A stretch of DNA of 63,824 nt, filler included, from Reclinomonas americana ATCC 50394 (taxonomy: Eukaryota): the NCBI GenBank assembly GCA_048213135.1. It is 5 parts of 5 records of this genome, joined end to end, with 100 filler letters (N's around TTAATTAATTAA, not from the genome) between each part and the next. Parts side by side here need not be neighbours in the genome. Positions count along the whole stretch, not along the records: positions 47,134 to 51,992 come from PS015434.1; positions 52,093 to 58,677 come from PS015435.1; positions 58,778 to 63,824 come from PS015436.1; 2 more parts are not named here. The stretch is one strand, 5' to 3'. Position 1 is the stretch's first letter. Every line of letters starts with the position of its first letter. The notes beneath the pieces are model-generated. The model worked only from the letters and a program-made list of their open reading frames with translations. It searched no databases and was not told the origin of the DNA. The translations under genes were made by a program, and so were the position numbers. Of the stretch, positions 50,205 to 60,903 are shown in pieces.

Positions 50205-50973
50205 TCATTGGTGTCGTTTCCGTGCACCATGTCTCACGCCGCCAGCAGGCACAGGTGGCACTCGCGAGGAACCATCTGCGCGCCACTCTGTCAGACCGTG
50301 CATGTCACGAGACGAGCACGAACACGCACACACAACACCTTTTCTTGTGGTCGACCCACTACCGTGCCGCATGCCGCCTATTGGCATCGGTGGCGTAATG
50401 ATGCTCACCGATGGCGTGGCGGTCTCTGCCGACATTGACGACGACGACGACGATAATGCAGATCGCTGGGGCGGTGAGTCTGCGCAACCCGAAGCGCTTG
50501 ATGAGTACGCGCACCAGACATCCACAGCAACACGCACACACTCACCGTCGTCGGGTAACCGCGAATACAACGACCATATCGAGTAGGCAAACGAGAACTG
50601 TGCGCCACCACAGTCAATCACGGAGCATTGTGCACCGCGTCCATCACCCGCCGCAACTTCAAGCATTTGCAGGAACAACAGCGAGGCCACCGACACCACA
50701 ACGTACTTGAACTCGGGATCGGCGACACCGCCCGGTGGCAACGTGGTGTTGGCCAGCAAGNNNNNNNNNNNNNNNNNNNNNNNNNNNNNNNNNNNNNNNN
50801 NNNNNNNNNNNNNNNNNNNNNNNNNNNNNNNNNNNNNNNNNNNNNNNNNNNNNNNNNNNNNNNNNNNNNNNNNNNNNNNNNNNNNNNNNNNNNNNNNNNN
50901 NNNNNNNNNNNNNNNNNNNNNNNGAGGGCGCAGAGGCTGAGGTTGGTGTGGTTGCTGCTGAAGATGAGGCCAT
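50205..50973 (-). CDS. Hypothetical protein
   Basis: MASSSAATTP... (gap) ...PEFKYVVVSVASLLFLQML..., with two plausible GT-AG introns and a stop at 50205. Confidence 0.4.
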
Positions 50974-51034
50974 CAATCTTTGTAGAGTCGTCGATTGCAG
51001 TGGATGATGGAATCCTCGTCAATCTTGTGGCACC

Positions 51035-51961
51035 ATGGGGCGTCAACGTTGCGTGTCTCAGCTCCTGTGCATGCGTGTGTCTCAGTGTGAGAGGGGGAGA
51101 GTGTGTTTGTGTGTGTGCGCGTGCTGAGGGAGTGTGTGCGTCTGTCACCGAGACATGTCGACTTTCCCGCCTCTTCCTCACACACTCGCATGCGCAGGGC
51201 GACAAGTTCAGCTTCCATCAGCACCACCACCACCACAAGCAGTTGTGCATTACACTCCCGACACACACACACACTCACACCAGTCGCTCACTTGCATGTG
51301 CGTGTGTGTGCGCAGGAGGAAGAGGCAGAAGCGGACGACGCAGCCTATGTCGACGACAACGACGATGATGTGGTGACTGGCGAGGACGATGAGCAGCAGG
51401 AGGGAGATGATGAGGACGACATTGATGATGATGCAGCTGCTCCAGTCCACGATGCATACAACGACGATGATGACGACGATGATGATGATGATGATGAGTC
51501 TGACATGTCAGAGTCGGAAGTGCGTGCACTGCGCATGCATCTCGGGCGTCCGTGGAAGCTCGGCCACAGGGGAGATGATGATGATGATGATTATGGGGAG
51601 GGGGAGGAGGAGGATGATGACGGCGACGATGGGTTGAGAGCGGCGGTGCATGCGCATCGGTTTCCGGATGCCGAGAGCTCGGCCACGGCGCAGGTGATGG
51701 CGTGGGAGATGCAGGAGCAGGAGGCGAGAGTGGCGCGGCATGCGCAGTGGGCGGCGTACATTTGTGCTGTAGATATGGTGTGTTGTTGGGAGAAAGGGGG
51801 AGAAAGGAGGAGACAACTGTGTGGTCTAAACTGTGCGTGTGCAGGTGCTGTGCTTCCGGTTGTTCCTGAAAAAGCCACACATCCGCACGGCCTTTGGTCT
51901 CCTGTTCTCCTCCAGTGGACTCATTGGATCGCTGTCGCAGAAGAAGGGCATGGTGCTCATG
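51035..51961 (+). CDS. 5' part of an acidic hypothetical protein with probable TM segments, truncated
   Basis: MGRQ|RRQVQLPSAPPPPQA|EEEAEADD...(poly-Asp)...YICAVDM|VLCFRLFLKK...; the exons splice in frame. Confidence 0.5.
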
Positions 51962-52036
51962 GTGCGTGTGTGCTCGTACAGTGTGTGTGTTTNNNNNNNN
52001 NNNNNNNNNNNNNNNNNNNNNNNNNNNNNNNNNNNN

Positions 52037-52048
52037 TTAATTAATTAA
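52037..52048. other. Artificial assembly spacer TTAATTAATTAA
   Basis: Same 12-mer in a 100-nt gap. Confidence 0.95.
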
Positions 52049-52092
52049 NNNNNNNNNNNNNNNNNNNNNNNNNNNNNNNNNNNNNNNNNNNN

Positions 52093-55000
52093 GTGCGCGA
52101 GAGTGCATTGATGGGCGAGACACGCTCATTCTTCCGTCTGACTCGCAACAGAGGAGCCTACGTGTCCTTCGTTGTCGGCTTCGGCGGCGTCGGCGGAGGA
52201 TGTGGTGCGGGCCGAGTGGCTGCTCGGCCGCAGTATCCTGCAATGCTTGCTTGCTGCGCATCAGCACCAGCTGCGGTCGATCGCGTTTCCGCTGCTGGGC
52301 ACGACTTTTCCCGTGTCTCGGGCGGCTGTTGCGTCGCTTTGTTTCTCGCGCACATTCCGCCTGTGGCTCACTTTCTGCACGTGTGCAGGCCGTCTTCTTT
52401 GAGACTGTACTGCGTTTCCTCAGCGATCACAGCTTCACTCCCGTGGCGTGCATCCGCCTGGTTGACACGCGTCGCGACGTTGTGCATGTCATGTGCCAAC
52501 AGGTTTGTGTGAAAAAATGTGTCTTGTGAAATCTCGAATGCGCTTCTCACCCGTGCACGCGAGATTCAGTTTGACCGCCGTGTTGGCTCGTCGTTCGACG
52601 CTCGCTCCTCAGGCCTCTCCTCCACCGGCGCCTCGTCGACCATTTCACTCTCCTCAGTGCCCGTATTTGATTCGTCGACCGGTGGCCTGCTGGCTCACTC
52701 AAGTGGCGGCAGCGGCAGCGCCAGCAGTAGTGTTGGTGGTGGCCTCGGTGGCAGCGCTAGTGGCAGCGGTGGGGGTACAGCAAGTGGAAACGGCGGCTCA
52801 TCACATCGTCGTCTGCGCGGTGCGGCGCCGGTGAATCCCGACATGGCGCTCTCGCTGAGTGGTCGTGTGGGCCAGCAGCGTGCAGAGGTGGAGAAGCTGG
52901 CGCGCACTTGTCGTGTGCTCAGTCGATGGCAGCGAGCCGGCTCCGTCTCCGAGGCGCACCAGTCGGTGGTGGACGCGCAGTTCGATGTGGAAGACAAGGA
53001 ATCCATGCTGTTGTCGGCGGTCGCCGCGCTTCGTCGTGAACTGCTGCAGCAACCACCGCACGAGGAGGGTCTCACGCCGGCGCTGTCGGAGCTCGGGAAG
53101 CAGCGAACGTTGGCGGCGGTGGCTCTCGAACAATCGCTGCAGGGATTGTTGGATGCGCTGGAGTCGGAGCGCCGCGATACGACGAGCGAGCTCGACGCAT
53201 TGCAGCGTGTGTGGTCCGACATTGTGTCGCGCCACTCCACGCCCATTCTCTTCAACGGCGACATTTCGGACTCGTCAGACACAAGTGTGGCCTCCAGTCC
53301 CACTCACGCTCTCTCTGATGTCGGTGAGTGAGCTCGCCTCACTCACTGGGTTTCTTTATCATTCGGCACCACTCACACCACACATGAATGCAGAGACACG
53401 ACGGGTGACTCGCGATGGCATTCGGTGGATGCATGCTCATGCTGACGCGATTCGACTCGCCGCCGAACGCACACAGCGCGTGTGTGCCGAGGGTGGCGAG
53501 CTGTCGGAGTGGTTGGAGGCGCTGGAGGACGAAGATGGTGTGTTGTCGCATGCGTTGACGGCGGGAGTAGCACTGTGGTCCGAGCATGGTGCGCGGTTAC
53601 GCGGAGCCGTGCAGTGTGGCATCGATGAGGTGCGTTTGTTTGTGGTGCGGGACTACACCGATTGACGACTGCATGTGGCTGACTTGGGTTTCTCGCAACA
53701 GATGCATTGGCGCCTTGATCGTATTGTCACCGCGGAGCGAGTGGCCAAGGAGAAGAGATTACAGGCGAGCAAGCAAGCGGCGCGACAGCACCGCATTCGA
53801 CTGGAGGGCGCACTGCACGAATTGAAGCGCCTGGAGTCTAAGGCCGCACCGGTTCGCTTACTCACAGTATGAGAGAGGTGGTGTGGGAAACTCATGAAGC
53901 TGGCTGGTGTGCAGGTGGCCTCGGTGGTGTGTGCCGATGGTGAGCCGCTGACTCCGCTGTTGGATGTGGTCGCCGGTGACGACGACGAGCACTTCCCCGA
54001 TGCACGACTGCTTCGACTCGACGCTGTCAAGGTGAAGTGATGCACTCATGCACGCACAGAGGTGACGAGTCGAGAAATTGATTGCTGAAACCACACGCGC
54101 ACCGTGCAGCAACTGGGCTACATGGTGAAGCTGGTGGCCGCAATGCGCACTATGGATGAAATGTTCCCGTACGTGTACGCCGTGCGTTATCCCGACATTG
54201 CAGTTGGAGAGGTGCGATGCGGTGTGATGTCGAGTGCGTGCATGCGTGCGTGAGTCGCACTCACACAGCACGTGGTGTCGTAGGTGCAATTGAGTCCGCC
54301 AGTGACCATGTTCTACGAGGCACTGGTGGCGGAGAGCCGGTCTACCAACGGCGATGTCTCACATCTGGTGGACGAGTTCACTGTGTACATTGCGGCGTCG
54401 CGGCTCGGTGCCGGCATCAAGGTGGAGGTCGACGACTTCTGGGAGGAACTGCGCGCAGCCGTGTTGTACAATACGAATCGCGATTGGCTGCATAGGGCGC
54501 CAAGCACCGCTGTGTCGGTACGCGTGACATGTCGCCGACATGCTGTGTGTCGGCAGCGTATCTTACTTGAATTATGTGCAGGGAACTGTGTTGTGGGATT
54601 CACTCACCCAGTGGCTGTCGCTGGGACACCCGATCCGCATCCTGTCTCCATCGTTCCACGCCGTCGATAGCAAGTTCCTCGACATGCTGCTGACTGCACG
54701 CACACAATCGTCGTCGTCTGCCGTCACTTCCACCGGCAAACTTCTTGCGGTTTCTGTTCTCGGAACCAGCGGCAGTGGCAAGTTGAGTGCTCGGCCATCC
54801 ATTAGTTTTCCCAGCTCGACTCACTCAGCGTGCAACATGCAGGTCGACTCTTCTCAGGGAGCTCTTCCGCTGCGATTTCGAGGTGTCAGACGTGTCACGC
54901 AAGCGCGGCGTCATGCTGACACACAAGCCCGTCACTGAAGTTGCTCGCGTGCGTGATGTGGTTGTGATGGACACAGATGGCCTCGAGTCGACTACCGACC

Positions 55001-57571
55001 AGGAGCGGTTAGTTCTTTCTGTCTTTTTTGTTGCTTGGCAGATCCACTTATACTGTGTTTGTATTCGACGAACAGGTGGAACATGCAACGACTGGCGGTC
55101 ATGATGCTGGCCGTGTCCAACGTGGTGTTGCTGAATGTGAGCAGTGCGCGTTTGGAGGAAGATGCTGAGACACTGTGCGAAGCCTGTATGGTGGCACTCA
55201 AGCAGGTGAGTGGGGGGAAGAGAGAGAGGGAGGGAGAGAGAAAGTCTCGTTTGCTGACGCAGTGCGTGCAGAGTGTCGTGCGCATTGTTCCACCACGCTT
55301 CTTCTTCGTGGTCCGTGATGCCAGTGAACTCGCCGACTGGACTGCCAGTATCCAGCAGACGTTGAGAAGAGCGGCTGAGCGGCATCACATCGATCTGGAA
55401 GATCTGCCATTCCTCACCAGTGACGATAGTGTGGTCCACTTGCCGTCGGTGCGTGGCCATGATGCTTCTTCGTTGTTACTCACTGTGAATGATTTCACTC
55501 ATGGTGGTCTCTTGTCGCGGGCACACAGCTGCTGGATTTGGACTCGACCGCTTGCAGTCTGCTCGAGGATTTGCGGACGACCATCTTCTCGTATGCGAGC
55601 TACACTGGTGAGTTCACACGCTGGTGAACAACCAACCCTCACTGATCGCGTGCTCATATCTATGTGCGCAGCATGGACTGGTCTCTATCGCGATACACTA
55701 GTCTGGTGATTCCAATCTCTTTGTGCCCGAATCACTTCAACAACAACTCACTTTGTGCATTGCTACAGGTCCGATCAACGAGACCGCACGTGGTCGCCGG
55801 TGCTCGCCGCTCTGGGTCGGCCTCTGCGCGACGAAGAAGCGCATGATTCGCCGTCGCCCGACGCTTCCTCTGGAAGCGAGTTGGCGAGACTGCGTGAACG
55901 AGCCGGTGTGATTCAAGAAATGTTGGATAAGCAGTCGTCGCTCGTGTCGGCGCTCTCTAACGTGCGCTCGCTTGCTCGCTCCTTGCCGTGTGCTCTACGA
56001 GTCGACGCACTCACTGCTTTCCACCTCCATGCTTGTGCAGTTTATCGAGACGCACGAGGCTCGCTTGTATGCCATTCGAGACGGCATCGTGGAGACGAGT
56101 CGCTTGCGGGAGGCATTCGACACGCTGCGAGTTTCGTGTGCCACCATCGTCGACGCTGTTTGTTTTCGTCGCTGATGTAGTGTCGCAGAGTCTCTTGCCG
56201 AGCCACCGCGAGCTGCAGCATGCTCTTGCGCTGTGCGAAGTCAGCTTGACTGACGACAGCGCGCTGCCGAGCGACGATCGCAATGTGCTGAACGTGCACC
56301 GCAGCTTGCCGCTGGGCCAGCTCATTCTCACCGCCATGAGTGCCAACAATGTGTTTGAGTTGCGTACGCAACGGGCGCCTCTGGTGTTGCTGTCACCTCA
56401 CTCACGGTGCACGCTGTACAGGGCCACCGAAGCTTATGCGGCGTGCGGCCTCGACACTGTCCGCGGTACGTTCCGTCAATACGAGGAGACTTCGACGGCG
56501 TTTGCTTCCGCCCTGACCGTGCGAGGTGCCCGGCTGACGCCAAGTGAGTTTCTTCATTGCATGCTGCGCGCTGTGCTCGGACTCATCACAGTTGACGCCA
56601 CCGCAGTCCTCCTGCTACCGATTCAGCGCATGCAACAGGTGAGACTGGCGATCGAATGCCATGCTGCTCGTTTGTTTCGTGTCCTGACGTGCGCCGCCGC
56701 AGTACCACTTGTTGCTGGAGCGTGCTATCCGACACACGCCGTCTCTGTTCCGCACATACATGCCGATCCGCTCGCCAGACGGCACGTACGGACTCAGTGA
56801 CAGAATGGATGAAGTGCCGGAGATTGAGCGTGAGAGGCAAGCCTATCACTTTGTGCTGCAAAGCGTGAAGGAATTGGAGCTGCGCATGGTAGCGCCGGAG
56901 CTGCAAGCATCGCTGGCCTTGCCGCCGTCGCGCGGTGATTCTCGTCAGCTTGTGCGTCACTCTCCGCTAAAGTTGTCGACACCGGCACGACTCTTCCGAC
57001 ACGGCGACACGACGCCTGTGGAGCTGGCTCTCTTTTCCGATTGTTGCGTGTTCTGCAAGTCCGCCGGCGATTCGTGCATGCTGCTCACGGTGTGGAACGC
57101 AGATTTCGTGTTCCGGCGCCCTGTCAGTGCTCGGAAACGGCAGGGTCGAGAGACAGCCACAGTGTGGCCACTGTCGCAAGTCGTATCGTGTGCAGAAGCC
57201 GGTGAACCACCAGCTGGTGAGTTCCGCGCTGCATGCGCGATGTTGCTGTGCGTGCTCATTCGGTGCTGTGCATGCAGGCCTGAAAGACGCCCGGCTCGGC
57301 GGCTTCTGGTTTGCCGTGCAATGCGGCGTGCCAAAGAGCAAGACGTGCTTGTTTTGGTGCCACGATGAGCGAGAGGTAACTTACTCAAGTGCCTCCTCTC
57401 TCTCTGTCTCTTCCTCGAGCCTTACGTTGTATTTCCACCCCTCCGCGGCAGGCCAAAGAGTGGGTAAACGACGTCAATCGGTTACTGCGTGCGCAGCGCC
57501 GCTTGTCTGACACCTCCCTGAACGGCTTCTCCATCTCACCCGATCAACGACGAGAGAGAAACAGCGGGCCG
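52093..57571 (+). CDS. Multidomain protein: Macro (partial) - helical region - GB1/RHD3/VLIG-type GTPase - DH - PH
   Basis: Macro: LRSIAFPLLGT..FP..AA..FFETVLRFL. GTPase: VSVLGTSGSGKSTLL, VMDTDGL and FFVVRD. DH: LLLPIQRMQQYHLLLERAIRHTP. PH: LALFSDCCVFCK...EAKEWVNDV. Both ends lie in gaps. Confidence 0.8.
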
Positions 57572-58221
57572 NNNNNNNNNNNNNNNNNNNNNNNNNNNNN
57601 NNNNNNNNNNNNNNNNNNNNNNNNNNNNNNNNNNNNNNNNNNNNNNNNNNNNNNNNNNNNNNNNNNNNNNNNNNNNNNNNNNNNNNNNNNNNNNNNNNNN
57701 NNNNNNNNNNNNNNNNNNNNNNNNNNNNNNNNNNNNNNNNNNNNNNNNNNNNNNNNNNNNNNNNNNNNNNNNNNNNNNNNNNNNNNNNNNNNNNNNNNNN
57801 NNNNNNNNNNNNNNNNNNNNNNNNNNNNNNNNNNNNNNNNNNNNNNNNNNNNNNNNNNNNNNNNNNNNNNNNNNNNNNNNNNNNNNNNNNNNNNNNNNNN
57901 NNNNNNNNNNNNNNNNNNNNNNNNNNNNNNNNNNNNNNNNNNNNNNNNNNNNNNNNNNNNNNNNNNNNNNNNNNNNNNNNNNNNNNNNNNNNNNNNNNNN
58001 NNNNNNNNNNNNNNNNNNNNNNNNNNNNNNNNNNNNNNNNNNNNNNNNNNNNNNNNNNNNNNNNNNNNNNNNNNNNNNNNNNNNNNNNNNNNNNNNNNNN
58101 NNNNNNNNNNNNNNNNNNNNNNNNNNNNNNNNNNNNNNNNNNNNNNNNNNNNNNNNNNNNNNNNNNNNNNNNNNNNNNNNNNNNNNNNNNNNNNNNNNNN
58201 NNNNNNNNNNNNNNNNNNNNN

Positions 58222-58545
58222 CGAAACGGTTCAGGAGCAGCGGCTGCGGCTGCTGCTGCCGCCGCCGCCGCTGCTGCCGCTGGTACCTCCGCGGCGCCAG
58301 GATCGGCGGAGAAGAAGGACAGGCGTGGCTCCAAGTCACGTGCGACGCCAGCCACGACAGCAGCCGCCGACGAAAGCGGTGGTGGTGGCAAGCGTGGAGG
58401 ACGTGGTCGTGGTGCTGGTGGCGGTGGCCGTGGTGGCCGCGGAGGCGGTCGTGGTCGCGGTGGTGGCAAGCGCGGTGGCGGTGCGGCCGGTAGTGGTGGC
58501 GCTGACGCAGGTGCCGATGGTGGCGGCGATGTGTCCATGGAGTAG
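58222..58545 (+). CDS. Ala/RGG-rich C-terminal exon of uncertain parent gene
   Basis: Frame ...GGKRGGRGRGAGGGGRGGRGGGRGRGG...DVSME*, followed by an AT-richer 3' UTR-like sequence. Confidence 0.5.
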   Translation, partial: RNGSGAAAAAAAAAAAAAAAGTSAAPGSAEKKDRRGSKSRATPATTAAADESGGGGKRGGRGRGAGGGGRGGRGGGRGRGGGKRGGGAAGSGGADAGADGGGDVSME

Positions 58546-58721
58546 AGAGTTGTGCGCGTGTTGTGATCGCTGCAATGCTTCGATAACAATAACAACAACA
58601 ACAATTCGCATTAGGTGTACATTATTGGGGGGGGGGGGGAAGGGGGTTCATAGTATCCGGTGAGAGATGGCAGGCAGNNNNNNNNNNNNNNNNNNNNNNN
58701 NNNNNNNNNNNNNNNNNNNNN

Positions 58722-58733
58722 TTAATTAATTAA
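58722..58733. other. Artificial assembly spacer TTAATTAATTAA
   Basis: Same 12-mer in a 100-nt gap. Confidence 0.95.
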
Positions 58734-58777
58734 NNNNNNNNNNNNNNNNNNNNNNNNNNNNNNNNNNNNNNNNNNNN

Positions 58778-60154
58778 AGCGCAAACGTGACCACGAGGTG
58801 CACCGCAACATCGCGAATGTTGGCCACATCCTTGACCGGGTACTTTTCGTGAATGACCTTGAGCGGCTGCACCTTCTTCACGGCGCCATTGAAGGAGCCG
58901 CAGTGCGGGCACTTTTTCGCGCCCTTCTTGCACAGCTCCGCCACTCGCTTCACAATCTGTCGTCGCTCGCGCACCTCCAGTCCCTTCTTGCGCAGCTGCA
59001 CACGGTACCGCTCCGCATCCAGGTCGGGCAGCAGGATGCGCGAGCAAGTCTTGCAGATCTGCAGTACAGAGAGAGGTGGGTAAGAGGGAGGGAGAGGGAG
59101 AGGGAGGTGGGNNNNNNNNNNNNNNNNNNNNNNNNNNNNNNNNNNNNNNNNNNNNNNNNNNNNNNNNNNNNNNNNNNNNNNNNNNNNNNNNNNNNNNNNN
59201 NNNNNNNNNNNNNNNNNNNNNNNNNNNNNNNNNNNNNNNNNNNNNNNNNNNNNNNNNNNNNNNNNNNNNNNNNNNNNNNNNNNNNNNNNNNNNNNNNNNN
59301 NNNNNNNNNNNNNNNNNNNNNNNNNNNNNNNNNNNNNNNNNNNNNNNNNNNNNNNNNNNNNNNNNNNNNNNNNNNNNNNNNNNNNNNNNNNNNNNNNNNN
59401 NNNNNNNNNNNNNNNNNNNNNNNNNNNNNNNNNNNNNNNNNNNNNNNNNNNNNNNNNNNNNNNNNNNNNNNNNNNNNNNNNNNNNNNNNNNNNNNNNNNN
59501 NNNNNNNNNNNNNNNNNNNNNNNNNNNNNNNNNNNNNNNNNNNNNNNNNNNNNNNNNNNNNNNNNNNNNNNNNNNNNNNNNNNNNNNNNNNNNNNNNNNN
59601 NNNNNNNNNNNNNNNNNNNNNNNNNNNNNNNNNNNNNNNNNNNNNNNNNNNNNNNNNNNNNNNNNNNNNNNNNNNNNNNNNNNNNNNNNNNNNNNNNNNN
59701 NNNNNNNNNNNNNNNNNNNNNNNNNNNNNNNNNNNNNNNNNNNNNNNNNNNNNNNNNNNNNNNNNNNNNNNNNNNNNNNNNNNNNNNNNNNNNNNNNNNN
59801 NNNNNNNNNNNNNNNNNNNNNNNNNNNNNNNNNNNNNNNNNNNNNNNNNNNNNNNNNNNNNNNNNAAAGGGGGGAGAGAGAGAGAGAGGCAGACAGACAG
59901 ACAGAGAGAGGTAGATGATGATGATGTTGATTCTGAGCGCACCATGGACAACACCTCCAAGGTGAACGGGAACAGGCCATGGTGGAACACTGGCAAGTTG
60001 AGGCGCACAAAGCCAAAATGACCGGGGCAGTCGGCCAGTCCCAAGCCACACGTCTGGCACGACGGATTGCCCTTCTTCTCCGACACACCCTGCACATGTA
60101 TGCATGCAAATCATCAGTGTGTGTGTGCACATTCCCTTTCTTTCTTTCTTTCTT

Positions 60155-60192
<38 letters not shown>

Positions 60193-60493
60193 TCACCATT
60201 CGACGATCAATGGGTCCGTACGGGTTTGGAGTCCATGTGCCTGGCTGATAGAGACCACGATTGACAACTTCCACCTCGGCAATCGCGCGAATCTCACGCG
60301 CAGACAAGGTGCTGAACTGGATGTAGTCACTGCATCAGTGTGTGAAAGAGTGTGAGTGAGAGAGAGAGAGTGAGTGTGGGAGGCCATGTTGCACTGACAT
60401 CTTGCGCGGGGGCGTGGTGGGCATCACGTATCGCTCATCGCTGGCCGCGAAGATGTCGCGACAGCCGGCGTTGAGCGCAGTGTGTGTGCTCAT
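58778..60493 (-). CDS. RPC1: RNA polymerase III largest subunit, 5' part only
   Basis: [56 protein letters not shown] and [13 protein letters not shown]...IHEKY. Truncated at the spacer. Confidence 0.9.
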
Positions 60494-60903
60494 CGTTGCG
60501 ATCTCCCCAACAGCGAACACAAATCGATCTGCAGGACAAAGGCAAGACAAGTTGCGATGCGATGAAGTTCGCAAACTCGATTGCAGAAAAGGGTTGTTGG
60601 ATGCTACGTGACATGCGGAGCTGCAACACCGATGCATTCAGCAGGGTGTTGGACTTCTGCATTTGTGAGCTCGAGATTTAAATTTGGTGTGGCGCACTCC
60701 TCCTCGAGCTCCTTCGTCTTCCGCGTTGTTGTCTCTTACAGCGACCAACACTCTGCGAGACACTGTAAGTGCAGTGTCTTTATTTCCGCTTTGGTTCACA
60801 CTTGCAATTGGGTTGCGCATGCACTTCATCTCATATGCATATGCATGATATCGCGTATATTACATCACCTTATCAAAACTCTTTTTTCACCAGGTGCGCG
60901 GTG

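Noticed and set aside
18899..56365. Reading the shifted donors as TT-starting non-canonical introns
   Set aside because: That would require acceptors ending one base after AG with a variable last base. GT-AG boundaries give the expected conserved residues (e.g. HQIRLHL).
18225..58733. Four exact TTAATTAATTAA palindromes, resembling piggyBac TTAA sites or a recurring element
   Set aside because: Each sits in the centre of a 100-nt N gap and genes are cut on both sides, so this is a six-frame-stop assembly linker. Gene adjacency across these points is not evidence of linkage.
58778..60493. RPC1 as a truncated pseudogene
   Set aside because: The visible exons are intact and the gene simply runs off the contig at a spacer.
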